A stretch of 64,000 nucleotides of DNA from Eledone cirrhosa (GCA_964016885.1 OZ024743.1:4836001-4900000), one strand, 5' to 3'; positions 28,141-40,590 are shown, numbered from the stretch's first letter. Made by a program: numbers and translations. Notes: generated from the letters alone by a model not told the origin.

Positions 28141-28462
28141 AATAATAATAATAATAATGATTTCTTTATTGGCCACAAGGGCTGACATCAAGAAAAACAT
28201 TACAGACAGCACAGGACGGTACAGGACGGTACGATGTGGGTTTTGTGCGTGTAAATATTTTTATTATTTATATAAGAAAAGAAAAAAAAGGACATAGAAA
28301 CATATATATATATAAACAATAAAAATTAAAATTAAAACAATGAAAAATTCCCCAATAGGGGGGAAACCTCCGAGGGTTACTCGTGGCGAAAACCACACAA
28401 ACGACCACGGCTACCCTGACCACCAGGGCAAGCGCCCTCTCTCAATTTTTCCATTTCTCAAA

Positions 28463-31400
28463 CTACAGGCGTATATTCAGAGCGGTCCCGTTCACTCGGA
28501 CCATTCTCGCTACATTCACCCACCTTTCAACAAACTTGCTAGAAGGCAGCACTTGCCTCTCCACCCTGATTTTCCTCTTCAAGTGAAACTTAAAAAAGTT
28601 AATTAGGGATTCGCTGAAGAGGAAAGTGTCTGTCTTTAACCCTTTTAACCTTGTCCACCACACAATCTCTTTCGCCATGGCCACCAGGCAGATGAAAACC
28701 GCCTGCCCTTCCACCTCGAAGGAAGACGGCGAGACCATCTGCACAATGGACTCAGTCGATAACCGGATCAGTCCTACACGCGACAGCAACTGTTCGACAT
28801 AGCTCCACAAGTCAGCAATGTTCGGGCACTGAACGAGTGCGTGCACGACGGTTTCGTCGCTCTGCGCGCATCTCGGACAGGCTCGGCTGACGGCACTTCC
28901 GTACCTGTAGAGCTTATCTCGAACCGGCAGCGCACCCCGGTAGCACTGCCAGGCCAGGGATTTTTGGAAGTTATCCATAGGCCCTGGGCTGAAAGTTCTC
29001 CGGAAGAGAGCAAACAGCTGATCTTCTTCGACGCCCAGGATCTCTCCGAGAATGTCGTCGCTCTTCCCCTCCACTAGTCCTCTATAGAACGCCGAGGTGG
29101 ATGTTCCACAGATACTGGTGCCCAGCTGGCAGAGGGCAGTGAGCGCCTGGAGACATTCCAGTTTCCAAGCGCTATCCCTCGGTCTTTTTCTGACCCAGGA
29201 CTGCAGCTCCGTCAAGGAGACGAGCTGTGGGAAAACGTGCCTGGCGAACGGCGACCACACCTGTTCACCGTCAAGTAAGCACCAGAGATGTCGCAGCCTC
29301 AGCGCATGTTTGCGCATCATCAGCCATGGCATGCCCAGTCCTCCACGCAACGGGTGTTGACAGCAGATGGATCGTCTGACCATGGTAGCGCCTCCCTTCC
29401 ACAAAAAGCGGAAGCGGAGGCGCTCCATTTTGGTGAAAGTTGGGCTGGAGCAAGGGACGACGGTGAGGCGGTAGCAGATGACGGATGCAATGTACGCATT
29501 TGCCACCTCCGCCCGGCCTTTCAGGGACAGCTTCCTCTCGGCCCATTTCTGGGTGAGGGAGGCCACGCTGCTCGTCACCTCGTTACAGTTTTTTTCCATC
29601 TGGAGGTCCGGTCCGAACCAGACCCCGAGCAATTTAACCGGTCCGTCCGTCCAACGCCCCACGACGCTGTCGGACGGCATGGACTTGCCTCTCCAGGTGC
29701 CGAGCTGCAAGCCCACCGACTTTTCCTGGTTTATCTTTGCTCCTGTCAACGCTTCGTATTCCTTGAGAGCGGTGCCGAGCATCTGGACGTGTCTGGTGCT
29801 CGACACCAATACTGTGACGTAGTCGGCGTAAGCCGACTCGGATTTCCCCCATCCTAGTTTGCGTGGGACGCCCCTCATCGCCCCCAGTTTGTGCAGTAAC
29901 GGCTCGAGAGCCAATACGTACAAGAGGGACGAGAGGAGACAACCCTGGCGGACTGAGCGTATGATGCTGAACGGCTACGACAGGTGACCGTTCAGCCTCA
30001 CAACTGAGCAGATGTCGCTGTACATTGCTGCGATCCAACCCCTGAAAACGGGCCCGAAACCGGCTGCCTCGAGGACCGCCACCAGGTACCGATGGTCGAC
30101 CCTATCGAATGCTTTGGATTGATCCAAGTTGATCAGGGCCTCACCCGTGCCAAGTTCCTTAACCACTCTCTCTATGATGTATCGCATGGGGTGCAGGTTG
30201 TCGTGTATGGATCTGTCCGGAATGGCGCATGTCTGCGCCTCTCCCACCAGACCCTTGACGACAAGCGCCAACCTCGTTACTAACACCTTGGCCAAAATCT
30301 TGAACTCTGCGTTTAGCAGAGCCTGAAATTATCGATAACATCCCCCTTGTTCGGATCTTTTCTCAGCAGCGCCACTGCTCCCCGGCTCACAAAACTGGGA
30401 ATGCTCCCGTTCTGCTGCCAGTTGCAGTAAACGTCTGCCAAGAGGTCACCGAACAAGTCTGGCATAAATGCATAAAGCTCGTAGGGCAGATCATCCAAAC
30501 CTGGCGATTTACCCCTTGTGCAGTTAGCCATCGCTTCCCGTATTTCACCGGCTGTTATTGACTTTTCGCAACACTGTGCTGCGGTCGTCGAGAGCCGAGC
30601 CAGTCCGTCGAGGTATGCACTGAAGTCCATGCCCCGATCCTGGCCGCCGCTGCCCCCGAACAGTTCAACAAAGTGCTGCTGAAAAGCTTCACACATCCGC
30701 TCGGGTTCGAGCATCACGCACCCGTTTTGGTCAGACAAAGACCGAATTGTGGCTTTGTTGCCACGTCGCGCCTCTGCCACCCGGGCCCATTGGACGGCTT
30801 TTGCCCCTCGTGTTTCAGAGCACGCGCTCTAGCACTGACAACGCAGCCTTCGTGTTTTGCGTTGAAGAATTGGTTGAGTGGCAATCTCGCGGCAAGCACG
30901 TCGGTTGCGATGCCTGTCCTAAACGCCTCTTCTAGCTTTCTGGCTAGCTCTCCCTCTACTCTATTTTCCTCTATCACTATTCCTTTGCTAAACCTAATCG
31001 ACTCTACTTTAATTGCCCTTTTCAGGGCGAACCACCACCTGTTGTTGACGACCGCTCCCGTCAACGCCCGCTTAACTAATACGCTAATCCGGTCTCTGTA
31101 GGCTTTGCGCGCCGGAAAGACGCGTTCAGCTTCCAGTAACCAGGCCCTTGTCTATGAAGTCTGTCTATGTCGATCTCACAGATCACAAATTTGTGGTCTG
31201 TGTAGTCGACTATTTTAAATTGTGGACAACTTATACTAGCCTTATCTAGTTCTCTGCAGAATATCCTATCGAGATACGATCTGGATGACCTGATGCGGTT
31301 TGTCCATGTCGACATTGGCACATTCGGGTGCGCAAAACGTCTGAGCAGGTTGGTGAGGCTCTTGCACCCTCCTCCCATATCCACTATCCCCACACAATCC

Positions 31401-31884
31401 CAGCGTGCATCCAAGGTACCGTTCCAGTCGCCCACTAACACTAAAGAGCGGGACGTTCCAAGAAAGGTCTCTAGACGTCTGAAGAAGTCTGGCCGTCCTG
31501 CCCCTGTTGGGGCGTAGACGGCTACTAACATGAAAGCATTGCCTTCGCTGCCGGTCACGTCCAGCACCACCGACTTACCTTCTGGGTCTAGGAAGATGGC
31601 TCGTATGGCGAGATCCAAGCCTCTCCGAAAAAGGACGACAACCCCTCCCCCGATCCTGGACGGCTGGGAGATGCGTATACATCGTAGCCGCCGAAGATCG
31701 GTGCGAAGGCTTGTGCTTCGGAGATTCTGGTCTCACTGATGGCCACTACATCTATGTTTAGTGACCTGAGGTCGTTGAGCAGGTGACCCTGTTTCCAAGA
31801 TGACCCCAGGCCACGTGCATTTATACTGCCTATTCTGAGTACGGCCATGTTGGATGAGAAACGGGGCAAGTGAGAAAGGGTCAC
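28463..31884 (-). pseudogene. LINE ORF2 (APE endonuclease + reverse transcriptase + C-terminal zinc finger), several frameshifts
   Basis: APE motifs: SINARGL, ISET, VAVYAP, LVGDWN, YLDRIF, TDH. RT motifs: KSPGLDD, LDQSKAFDRVDH, LALEPLL, AYADY (YADD mutated), KLLGVWF. C-terminus: CPRC...ETVVHAL..C. Confidence 0.93.
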
Positions 31885-31899
31885 TTACCTTGATCGTGT

Positions 31900-33943
31900 G
31901 GTGAAGGGACAGTAGAACCGTCCCTTTCGCTGGTCATGGGTGTTTCCAAGAGGATGTCAGTGTATATCCTCTTGGTAACCGACCCTCTGAAGTCTCCAAC
32001 TGCGTTGAGGAATTTTTGTTTTAAAGGTGTGTACTGTTCTATTGAGATTTCAATGATGCTTATGTTTGTCGGGTGAGTTCTTGTGTTGGTGGGGTGTAGT
32101 AGTTTTTTTCTGTGATGTCTGTGTGCTGCTTTATATATTGTATGAGTTCTTTTTTTGCCATGTTTATGGCTGTGTACATTTTGGTGGGAGGGGTGGTTTT
32201 GTTGCTGTTTTCTTCTTGTTGCTGTTTGGTGTGTGTGTCTTGTTGTGTTTGCGTTGTTGGTGTTTTTGGTGATGCTGGTGGTGGTGTGGTTGTTGTTGTC
32301 AGTGGTGCTTGTGGTGGTGATGGTGGTGGTGTTGCTGCAAGTTTCCTTGCTGCCTTTACCCTTCTTTGTATGCCTTCGCTTTTGGAGGGTGAATCTAAGG
32401 TTTTTTTTCTTTTTTCTTTTTTGTGGCAGACCGTTTGCCACTTCACTCCCGCCTCAAACTCCATGTCGGATTCTGTGGCGTCTGGGAGGGGTATGTGCTC
32501 CACGGCTGTTGGTGGTGGTAGTGGAGCTCTCTTCGGCAATTTTGTTGCTGGTGTAGCTACTTCAAATGTAGCTATTGGCGTTGCCGCTACTAATGATGCT
32601 GCTTTAGTTGTCCGTGGCCATGGTACGGGTGCTACGGACGTTGCCCTCCTACTCACCGTGGACGGGGCTTCTGCGTTTGTTGTCTGTCCTGCTCTTGGTA
32701 GCAGCGGACTAGGTATTGGAAGGAGAGGGGCCTTCTTCTTCGGTGTCTTCTGCGGGCAAAAAACCCTGAGGTGACCCTTCGACCCACAGAGATAACATTT
32801 TGGCCGTCTTCCTTCTACACTTATAGGGAGTTGGAGTCCTTCCTCGATGTCTATGATATCGGGGATAGCGTCGATACATTCCTGGTCAGTTTGTATAAGC
32901 ATTTGCATGCCTATACCTGACCAGTTCTCTCTCCCTATTTTTTCTACTTGCAGCATGGTCGTCCTGTTCTCGATTCCAGCAATGACAGACGCGGCCAGCC
33001 AAGGTATGGGCACGTCGGGTGGGACCTGGGTCACTTTGACCCTCACAATTTTCTACCCGCAGTAGGAGGGCACCAAGACTATCTCCTCACTCTTTACGAT
33101 TTCCAAAGAGTGAGACTTTGCTTCCTGGGGGGTGGCGAAAAGTACGTCTACTGTGGCGTACTTTCTGCCTCGGGTGATGTGGGTTTTGCGTGCCCAGACG
33201 CACCCCATGGCCTTTTGGATTTGAGCCTCCGTGGCTCTCTCCACCCGATGTGAGATTTTGCTTACGGTGCGGTAAGTCACCGTCCGTAGCTGCTGGTCCT
33301 TGAAAAAATCGGGTGGAGATTTCAGGGAGACTCTATTGGCGCCTCTTGTCACCATGGCCCTTGCGACTGCCATCTCCTCCTCTGTGACTAACACTGTCTC
33401 GATATTTCGGGCGACACCTGCAAAAGAAGTGGTCCCTTTTTCAGCAGCACCACTATTGCTGCCGCTACTGGTCTTACTAGTGGTGCTGAGATCGCTATTA
33501 CAGGTATCGGTGTCATTGTTGATGTTTTCGTTGGTACAGTTGTTGGTGTTGTTGTTGTTGTTTTCGTTGATACTGTTGCTGTTGTTACTGTTATTGTGGC
33601 TGATGTTATTATTGTTGTTTTTGTTGATACTGTTCCTACTATTATTGTTGTTGTGGCTGTTGTTATTGTCATTGTTATTGTCGTTCTCGACGTTACCGCT
33701 GTTATTTTTGTTGTTACTGTTGTTATTGATGGTGTTGTTGTTGGTGTTGTTGTTGGTGTTATTGTTGGTGTTGTTTGTGTTAGAAATATTTGTTAATTTT
33801 AAATCTGTAACAATCTTCTTTTCCTTTGTAATATGTTCGTTTATATTTACCTCCGCTGGAACGCTGTCTTGTTGACATACTGATAAAGTCCCCCTCTCTC
33901 TGTGTTGTCTGACAGCGCTCTCTCTGTTTCTTGTGTTATACAT
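31900..33943 (-). pseudogene. LINE ORF1 (gag-like nucleic-acid chaperone) with CCHC zinc knuckle; frameshift near 33050
   Basis: ORFs 33053..33943 and 32060..33046 abut. Features include the CYLCGSKGHLRVFC knuckle, an Asn-rich N-terminal tract and a Pro/Thr-rich C-terminal tail. A homologous copy lies at 27000-27936. Confidence 0.82.
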
Positions 33944-34120
33944 GTTGAAATTTTTATTTTTTTTATATATTTACACAAATACGAATACGGCACCCCGTAA
34001 AGGGGTGCCGTATTATTTACGAGTGAACCCCTGTGTTAGGTGGGTCACTTCTTCTAAACTTTTATCAAATTTAAAACTTGAATAAAAGGTTTAGAACGGT
34101 TGAAAACGAGGTAAAACGTT

Positions 34121-35015
34121 CAATAATGCTTTCTTTATTAACCACAAGAGTTTACATAAAGTAGACATTAAGGACAGTACAGGACAATACAGGACGGTAC
34201 AAATGGGCATTTATGCGTGTAAAAATCAAAAACAAAGGATGTAACAAAAAAAATAACAATGAAAAATTCCCCAATACGTGGGAGACTTCCGAGGGACATT
34301 CGTGGAGAAAGCCCATTAAAAAACCACAGTTGGCCTGACTACCGGGGCAAGTGCCCTCTCCCAGTTTTCCACCTTTAATTTACAGACACATACTCAGAGT
34401 AGGCCCATTCACTCGGGCCATAATTGCTTCTCTCACCCATCTTTCAACAAAATGGTGGGAAGAGAGCACTTCCCTCTCTACCCTGATTTTCCTTTTCAGA
34501 TGAAATTTGAAAAAGTTAATCAGGGCATCACCGAAGAGGTAAGTGCTCGTCTTCAGCCCTTTCAAACGTGTCCACCATACTATCTCTTTCGCCATGGCCA
34601 CCAGACAGATAAAAACTGCCTGCCCTTCCTGGCTAAAGGAAGAGGGCGGGGCAATCCTCACGATGGACTCAGCTGATAGCTGGATCCATCCTACAGGTGA
34701 CAGCAGGTGTTCGACATAAACCCACAAGTCAGCAATGCTCGGACACTGGACGAGTGCGTGCAGGACGGTTTCGTCGCCCTGCACGCATCTCGGACATGCC
34801 CGGCTGACGGCACCTCCTTGCCTGTAGAGTTTATCCCGAACTAGCAAAGCTCCTCGGTAGCACTTCCAGGCCAGGGATTTCTGAAAGTTCTTCCGAAGAG
34901 ATTGGCTAGTTGATTTTCGTCGACGCCTAGAGTTTCCCCAAGTACGTCGTCGCTCTTCCCGTCCACTAATCCTCTATAGAACGCCGAGGTGGAGTTTCCA
35001 CCGATCACATTGCCG
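34121..35015 (-). mobile_element. 5'-truncated Tx1-like LINE copy
   Basis: ORF 34380..34847 is near-identical to the 25774-26260 peptide. The AATAAA-containing 3' end is near 34130. Confidence 0.9.
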
Positions 35016-35284
35016 GTAAACATAAAGTACAGTAAAATAAGGTGAAGATAAGAAAGGTGGGAGTGAAAATCAAATTAGTGCAGGTAAATAAGCCGAAATA
35101 TTTAGAGAGGGAATATTCCGATAGAAATTATATACATTAAAATATTAATATATATATAGAGAGATAAAAATGCAATTATATACACACACACTCCCATACA
35201 CACACACAAATCCCCAAAATCCTCTACAGGCAATATTTATTAGTATGCTGTTGAAGTATCTATACATTTTGGGGGGACACTCTG

Positions 35285-35339
<55 letters not shown>

Positions 35340-35686
35340 GCAAGTTTGAAGAATTATTAAATAAAATATACCCAGTCTTTCCTCACCTTAGTCCGTAGAA
35401 ATCAACCAGATATATAATCATTTAAACGGGGTTATAAGTTTAAAATGTAACTATGAAGAAATAATAGACAAATGATACAGACTATTTTCCGCGAAGAACA
35501 GTCTGATAAAATTTATCTTGTCATTCCTTTTAGCCCGTAAAAATTAACTAGACAAATAATCAATTGAACGAGCTAAGTCTAAAATATAAGTTAGAAGAAA
35601 AAATGCATATAAACTTTATATGTATATATATATATAGAAATAGCTGTCGAAACGGCTTGAGCTCTGCCGTCGGGGTCATACCTTTT

Positions 35687-35746
<60 letters not shown>

Positions 35747-36186
35747 TACAAGGATATTCAATTTGTTGGTAATTCAACAAATATAAATGTTTATAACTGA
35801 TTCAAAGCACTCGACAGATTTTCTGGAGTATAATATTCAATGATATTAAATAAATAGAAACTATATTTATAAAACCATATTTATTCTATTATATATATTT
35901 CAAGGGTACCAAAACTTTGGTACGCTCTCATCAGATAAAATACAAACTTTGTTTTATAAATATTGACATAACCAGAAAAAAATACCCTAACGGTTATGTC
36001 AATTGGCAATGAACGGAAAAAAACGTATTATCTTCGTTTTTTTTTCGTTCATTGCCAGAGAACGTCTCCACGAACCACCTAATAGAATATTAGTCTACGA
36101 CTTCATTTATACCATAGACGTGGTTTTGTCTTTGCGTGTAATTGAAGAGATAGTGAAAATATATGCTATTTTCAAAAATACACAGT

Positions 36187-36292
36187 GACTGATCGGCCTG
36201 ATTTGCATATTAGCAGACTGGCTGATCAGTCAGATCTGCATATTAGCAGATCCACTGATCAGCCAGATTTCCATATCAGCAGACTGGCCAGT
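36187..36292. repeat. 33-bp tandem repeat x3
   Basis: gat(t/c)t(g/c)catat(t/c)agcaga at 36200, 36233 and 36266. Confidence 0.85.
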
Positions 36293-36483
36293 CAGTTCCT
36301 GTATACGAGCGATAAATGGCCGGCTTTGCTAAATTCAAATAAAAAAGACAATTTCGCTCTACATGGCTGAATACAATAAATATAATCTGAGGTTTTCGAA
36401 TATTAATAAAACATTCGATTATGAAAACAAGCCTCAATTTTATAGCCATGTCAGTAGAATGAACACTTCATTCTTGCTCTTAT

Positions 36484-36549
36484 GCGAACAGTGAGCTGTA
36501 CTGATGAAGAGTGATATCCAGAAACATTAGTGTCTGCAGTTCTGTTCGC
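36484..36549 (+). ncRNA. Type I hammerhead ribozyme at apex of long hairpin
   Basis: gctgta-CTGATGA(36501)-agagtgatatcca-GAAA-cattagt-GTC(36532-34)-tgcagt. Stem III is near-palindromic (ACATTAGTGT). Stem II is weak. Confidence 0.7.
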
Positions 36550-36652
36550 ATGCCAACATAAGAGCAAGAATGAAGTGTTCATTCTACTGACATCGCTATA
36601 AAATTGAGGCGTGTTTGCATAATTACAAACGAATCAAATGTTATTATTAATA

Positions 36653-36952
36653 CTAGCAGAAAAACCACCCTTCGGGTGGTTTTCTGCTGGCCTGTGTAGT
36701 GAACATATTGATATTATACGCAAGTATATATACATGTAGATATGATACATCAAATAAAATCGTAATTGACAATATACACAGAAATTGAACGAAGACTGCG
36801 TTACACTGTCTTATGTAATCAGTAACGTAATCCATTGACGGGAATATATGACTGTTTATTTAAGCGATCGCTAACCGGAAGTGTTGACATGTGAACATTT
36901 TAAAGAAGTGAATCTTAAAATAAGCGACAAAATTATTTATATATAATGAAGA
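36653..36952 (-). mobile_element. Possible short non-autonomous Helitron
   Basis: The minus strand ends with the GC hairpin gcagaaaaccacc-cgaa-gggtggtttttctgc and CTAG|T. The putative start is TCTTCATTATATATAAA. Confidence 0.35.
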
Positions 36953-37283
36953 ATAACGAAATTTAGTAGATTAATTATGTAATATTCATTCATTATTTAT
37001 TCAAAGTTTATTTATTCCATTCTGAGTTCAAATCCCGCCGAGGTTAACTTTGCCTTTCATCCTTACGGGGTCGATAAAATAAAGTACCACTAATACACTG
37101 GATAATTGCTGGCCTTGTGCCTAAAGTAGAAACAATTATTTATTCAAAGTAATCCAACTTATTTTACAAACGGGATAAAAAAAAAATATTCTGGACGCAG
37201 ACCCGCACTCCTTTCTTTATTATAGTTTAGATTCGAAAAACTCAGATTACATTTATTGTATTCAGCCATGTAGAGCGAAATTT

Positions 37284-37324
<41 letters not shown>

Positions 37325-37352
37325 TACAACATATAAACACACATATATAAGC

Positions 37353-37413
<61 letters not shown>

Positions 37414-37504
37414 ACATATAAATACATAAATACATATATGCCTATATATATATATATATGCACATATAGGTACGTACATATATATACACACATACATCAT
37501 ACAT

Positions 37505-38390
37505 ACAGATAGAGAGGGGAGAGAGTGTGGAAATAATGGCTAGAGAGAGGGAATGAGAGAGAGTGTTGTATGGTAGATATAGAGAGGGGGAGAGATTCAT
37601 GTTTATTGATATACAGAAGGGATTGGAAGAGAGTTCCGTGTAGTAGATATACAGAGAGGGAGAGTTTGGCGTTAATTGATATAGAGAGGGCGGTTAAGGG
37701 AGACAGTTGTATTGTTGATGAAGAGAGGGGGAGAATCTGGTGGTAATGAATAGAGTGAGAGAGATTGGGGGAGAGAAAGAGTGTGTGTCGTGTAGTAGAT
37801 ATAGAGCGGGGTAGATTTCAATTCTTGTAGATATAATGAGAAGGTTGAGAGAGATAAATATCGTTTCTACTTTTGGCACAAGGCCAGCAATTATTCCAGT
37901 ATATTACTGGTACTTTATTTTATCGACCCCGTAAGGATGAAAGGCAAAGTTAACCTGGACGGGATTTGAACTCAGATAAATATTGTTGAATATACAGAGC
38001 GGTACTGGATGAGACATTTTCGTAAAAGTTATAGATTAATAGAGAGAGAACAATTACGAGAGAGTGTGACGGGAGAGTTTGGAGATGATTGATATAAAGA
38101 GGGAGATTAGGAGAGTGTTTTGTATGTTAGATATAGAGATGGGGAGAATTTGGTGGTTGTAGATATAGAGAGAGGGATAATGAGAATGCCTTGTAGTAGA
38201 TATAGAGAGTGGGAGAGTTTAGGGGTGATTGATATATATGGGGGATTGGGAGAGATAAGTGAAGGTATTTATAGAGAGGGGCGAGTGTATTAGTGTTAGA
38301 TATTGAGAGGGGAATAAGAGAGATGGTTTCGTGGTAGATATAGAGAGGGGGAGAGTTTCGTTTTAGTAGATACAGAGAGGTGGATTAAAA
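37505..38390. repeat. Degenerate purine-rich minisatellite interrupted by a SINE
   Basis: Recurrent gtagtagatatagagagggggagag-like units. Confidence 0.7.
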
Positions 38391-38503
38391 CCATTTTGTG
38401 TGATAGACATTTTTGTGGATCATCATACAAGACTGTTGATCCTGTGAGTGCGCAGGTGTAACAGAGGTTATCAATAATCATAATAAATGAATATATATAT
38501 ATA

Positions 38504-38559
<56 letters not shown>

Positions 38560-38692
38560 TATATAAATGGAAAAAATGAAACAAAATTTCATTTCTCACT
38601 CTTAGTACGGCTGTTACTTAAATATAAGTATGTATACGTACATACATATATGTATGCAGACGTACAGTAATATGTATATATACACATACATG

Positions 38693-38767
<75 letters not shown>

Positions 38768-39021
38768 GTATGGATTCACCGAACATTTATTATAATGCTC
38801 GGTTTGTTTGTAAACAAACATCCCGAATTAAGCCGTACAGTGTCTAGCAACCATCGTTGCTCATTTGTTCAACACTGACAAAGGAACGATGTACTAGTCT
38901 CAAGCTTATTATATATATATAGGAGATTAATAAGTTGGGTATAATACCAGTTTATTACCAAATGCGAAGAAGCTCGATGTATTAACCCCTTAGGAAAAGG
39001 TACAGAACATATTTATTTTAA

Positions 39022-39101
<80 letters not shown>

Positions 39102-39343
39102 CAGGGGTGATGGAGCTGGTGGGGCGCGACTATGCCACCTGGCCCCCAATAATTATATTTTTCTCCCAAAACTACCAAAACACACATCTATTTGGATATG
39201 CGCTACAATTTATGTACATGTTATGTTTATTGTATATCGAAGTTTTCCGACCATTTTAGAGTGCAAAAAGCTAAACTAATCACTACAACTAAATTGACCT
39301 AATATGCCCCCCTCCCAATTCAGAAATACTTCCACTGCCCCTG
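39102..39343. mobile_element. MITE with imperfect TIRs (hAT-like)
   Basis: CAGGGGTGATGGA ... TCCACTGCCCCTG, in a TA-rich target. Confidence 0.5.
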
Positions 39344-39499
39344 ATACATACATACAGGAAAGGAGCTAACTTGTCAGGTGATCGAATCAAGGACATCCAG
39401 CGTTTTCGTTAGTCTTTTCATTGTTGATACTATCTGTCGGAGCAACTATTTATAGAATGAGCAGGGATTTCAACTCAGAATGCGCATGGGTGAACTCTG

Positions 39500-39800
39500 T
39501 CATGGTGTCTGACTAAGTGTTTAAGGGTGTTCGGCTCATGATCGTGAGTTCGATTCCCGGCACCACGTTGATTCCTACAGTAAGTTTTTTAAATTTTATT
39601 TCAGGGTACTCCAATCCACTGAACTGAGGATAAAAGGAGTTGTATTTTTATTTCAAAGGATGGGCTTATCACAGTGAATCACCTTGAGAGCTACGTTGAA
39701 GGTGCACGCGCCTTTGAAATATGCAACCACTTGTACGTTAATTTCATGTGTAGGCTGTTCTGTTGTTCAAACACCTGAAACAAATATCAGAACCGACGGA
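39500..39800 (+). mobile_element. Older, different tRNA-derived SINE-like repeat
   Basis: Head GACTAAGTGTTTAAGGG...GAGTTCGATTCCCGG. A similar reverse-oriented head (GGAGTCGAACCC...TTAACCACT) lies at ~2870-3045. Confidence 0.45.
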
Positions 39801-40027
39801 AGCTCAACACACTCTCTGAACACTACAGGAGCTAACTTTCTAAGTAATTTTATATGAATTCGCTAACCGATCTGTAACAAGGTAGTAACTGATATGTTGA
39901 TAGACGTTTCTTTGCGTGATTCGAGTGTGAAAAGTGTGATGTCCCCGTAATGCGATACTTGATAGGAATTTCGAATCACAGCAAGGATATATATACTTGC
40001 CTATATCTTGCTCTGTGAGTCTGTGAG

Positions 40028-40094
<67 letters not shown>

Positions 40095-40227
40095 TAGTAA
40101 TAAACACAGTAAATTGTGTGTTTAATATTACGAGGGTTGAAGAACCACATTTGTTTGAAATATTTAACCATGAACAGAGAGAATGATAAAAATAAAATTA
40201 TACAGGCCGCCTCAATAACAATTACAT

Positions 40228-40306
40228 CTCTCGGACAGATTAGGGATTAATCTGTTTCGCCCTGAGTGTGTTTGTAACAGATAATCATCAGCATCGTCAG
40301 CGAGAG
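40228..40306 (-). ncRNA. Type I hammerhead ribozyme, canonical core
   Basis: Minus strand: ctctcg-CTGACGA-[stem II region]-GAA-acagatta-atccc-taatctgt-C-cgagag. It has a 6-bp stem I, an 8-bp stem III and a GUC cleavage triplet. Stem II pairing is imperfect. Confidence 0.78.
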
Positions 40307-40553
40307 AATCTGATTAAATGGGACAAACAACTAATACTAACGTTCACACAGAAAAATTAATTCTTCACCTCGTGTGCCGTAAGTCAAAAGTGTTGTGAGT
40401 GGATTGGGCAGAAATAACAGTCCAATATACGCAATCAAATGTATTTCAAACAAATGTGGTTCTTCAACCCTCGTAATATTAGACACACGATTTACTGTGT
40501 TTATTACTACATATATTATTGTTATAATGCTCAGTATTTATACTTTGAGCTTG

Positions 40554-40584
<31 letters not shown>

Positions 40585-40590
<6 letters not shown>

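Larger units (their letters stand above)
28141..34110 (-). mobile_element. Near-full-length Tx1/L1-clade non-LTR retrotransposon (ORF1 + ORF2, frameshifted)
   Basis: Minus-strand ORF pieces lie in the order ORF1 (33943-~31900), AP-endonuclease, RT, C-terminal CCHC (28463). The 3' end has AATAAA followed by an (ATT)n tail at 28141-28170. The 5' boundary is approximate. Confidence 0.92.

Noticed and set aside
32112-33875. Plus-strand ORFs of 220 aa and 191 aa
   Set aside because: They are antisense shadows of the low-complexity LINE ORF1.
36657-36688. Rho-independent terminator-like TTCG hairpin
   Set aside because: The context is eukaryotic with no upstream gene. It is better explained as a Helitron-like terminal hairpin.
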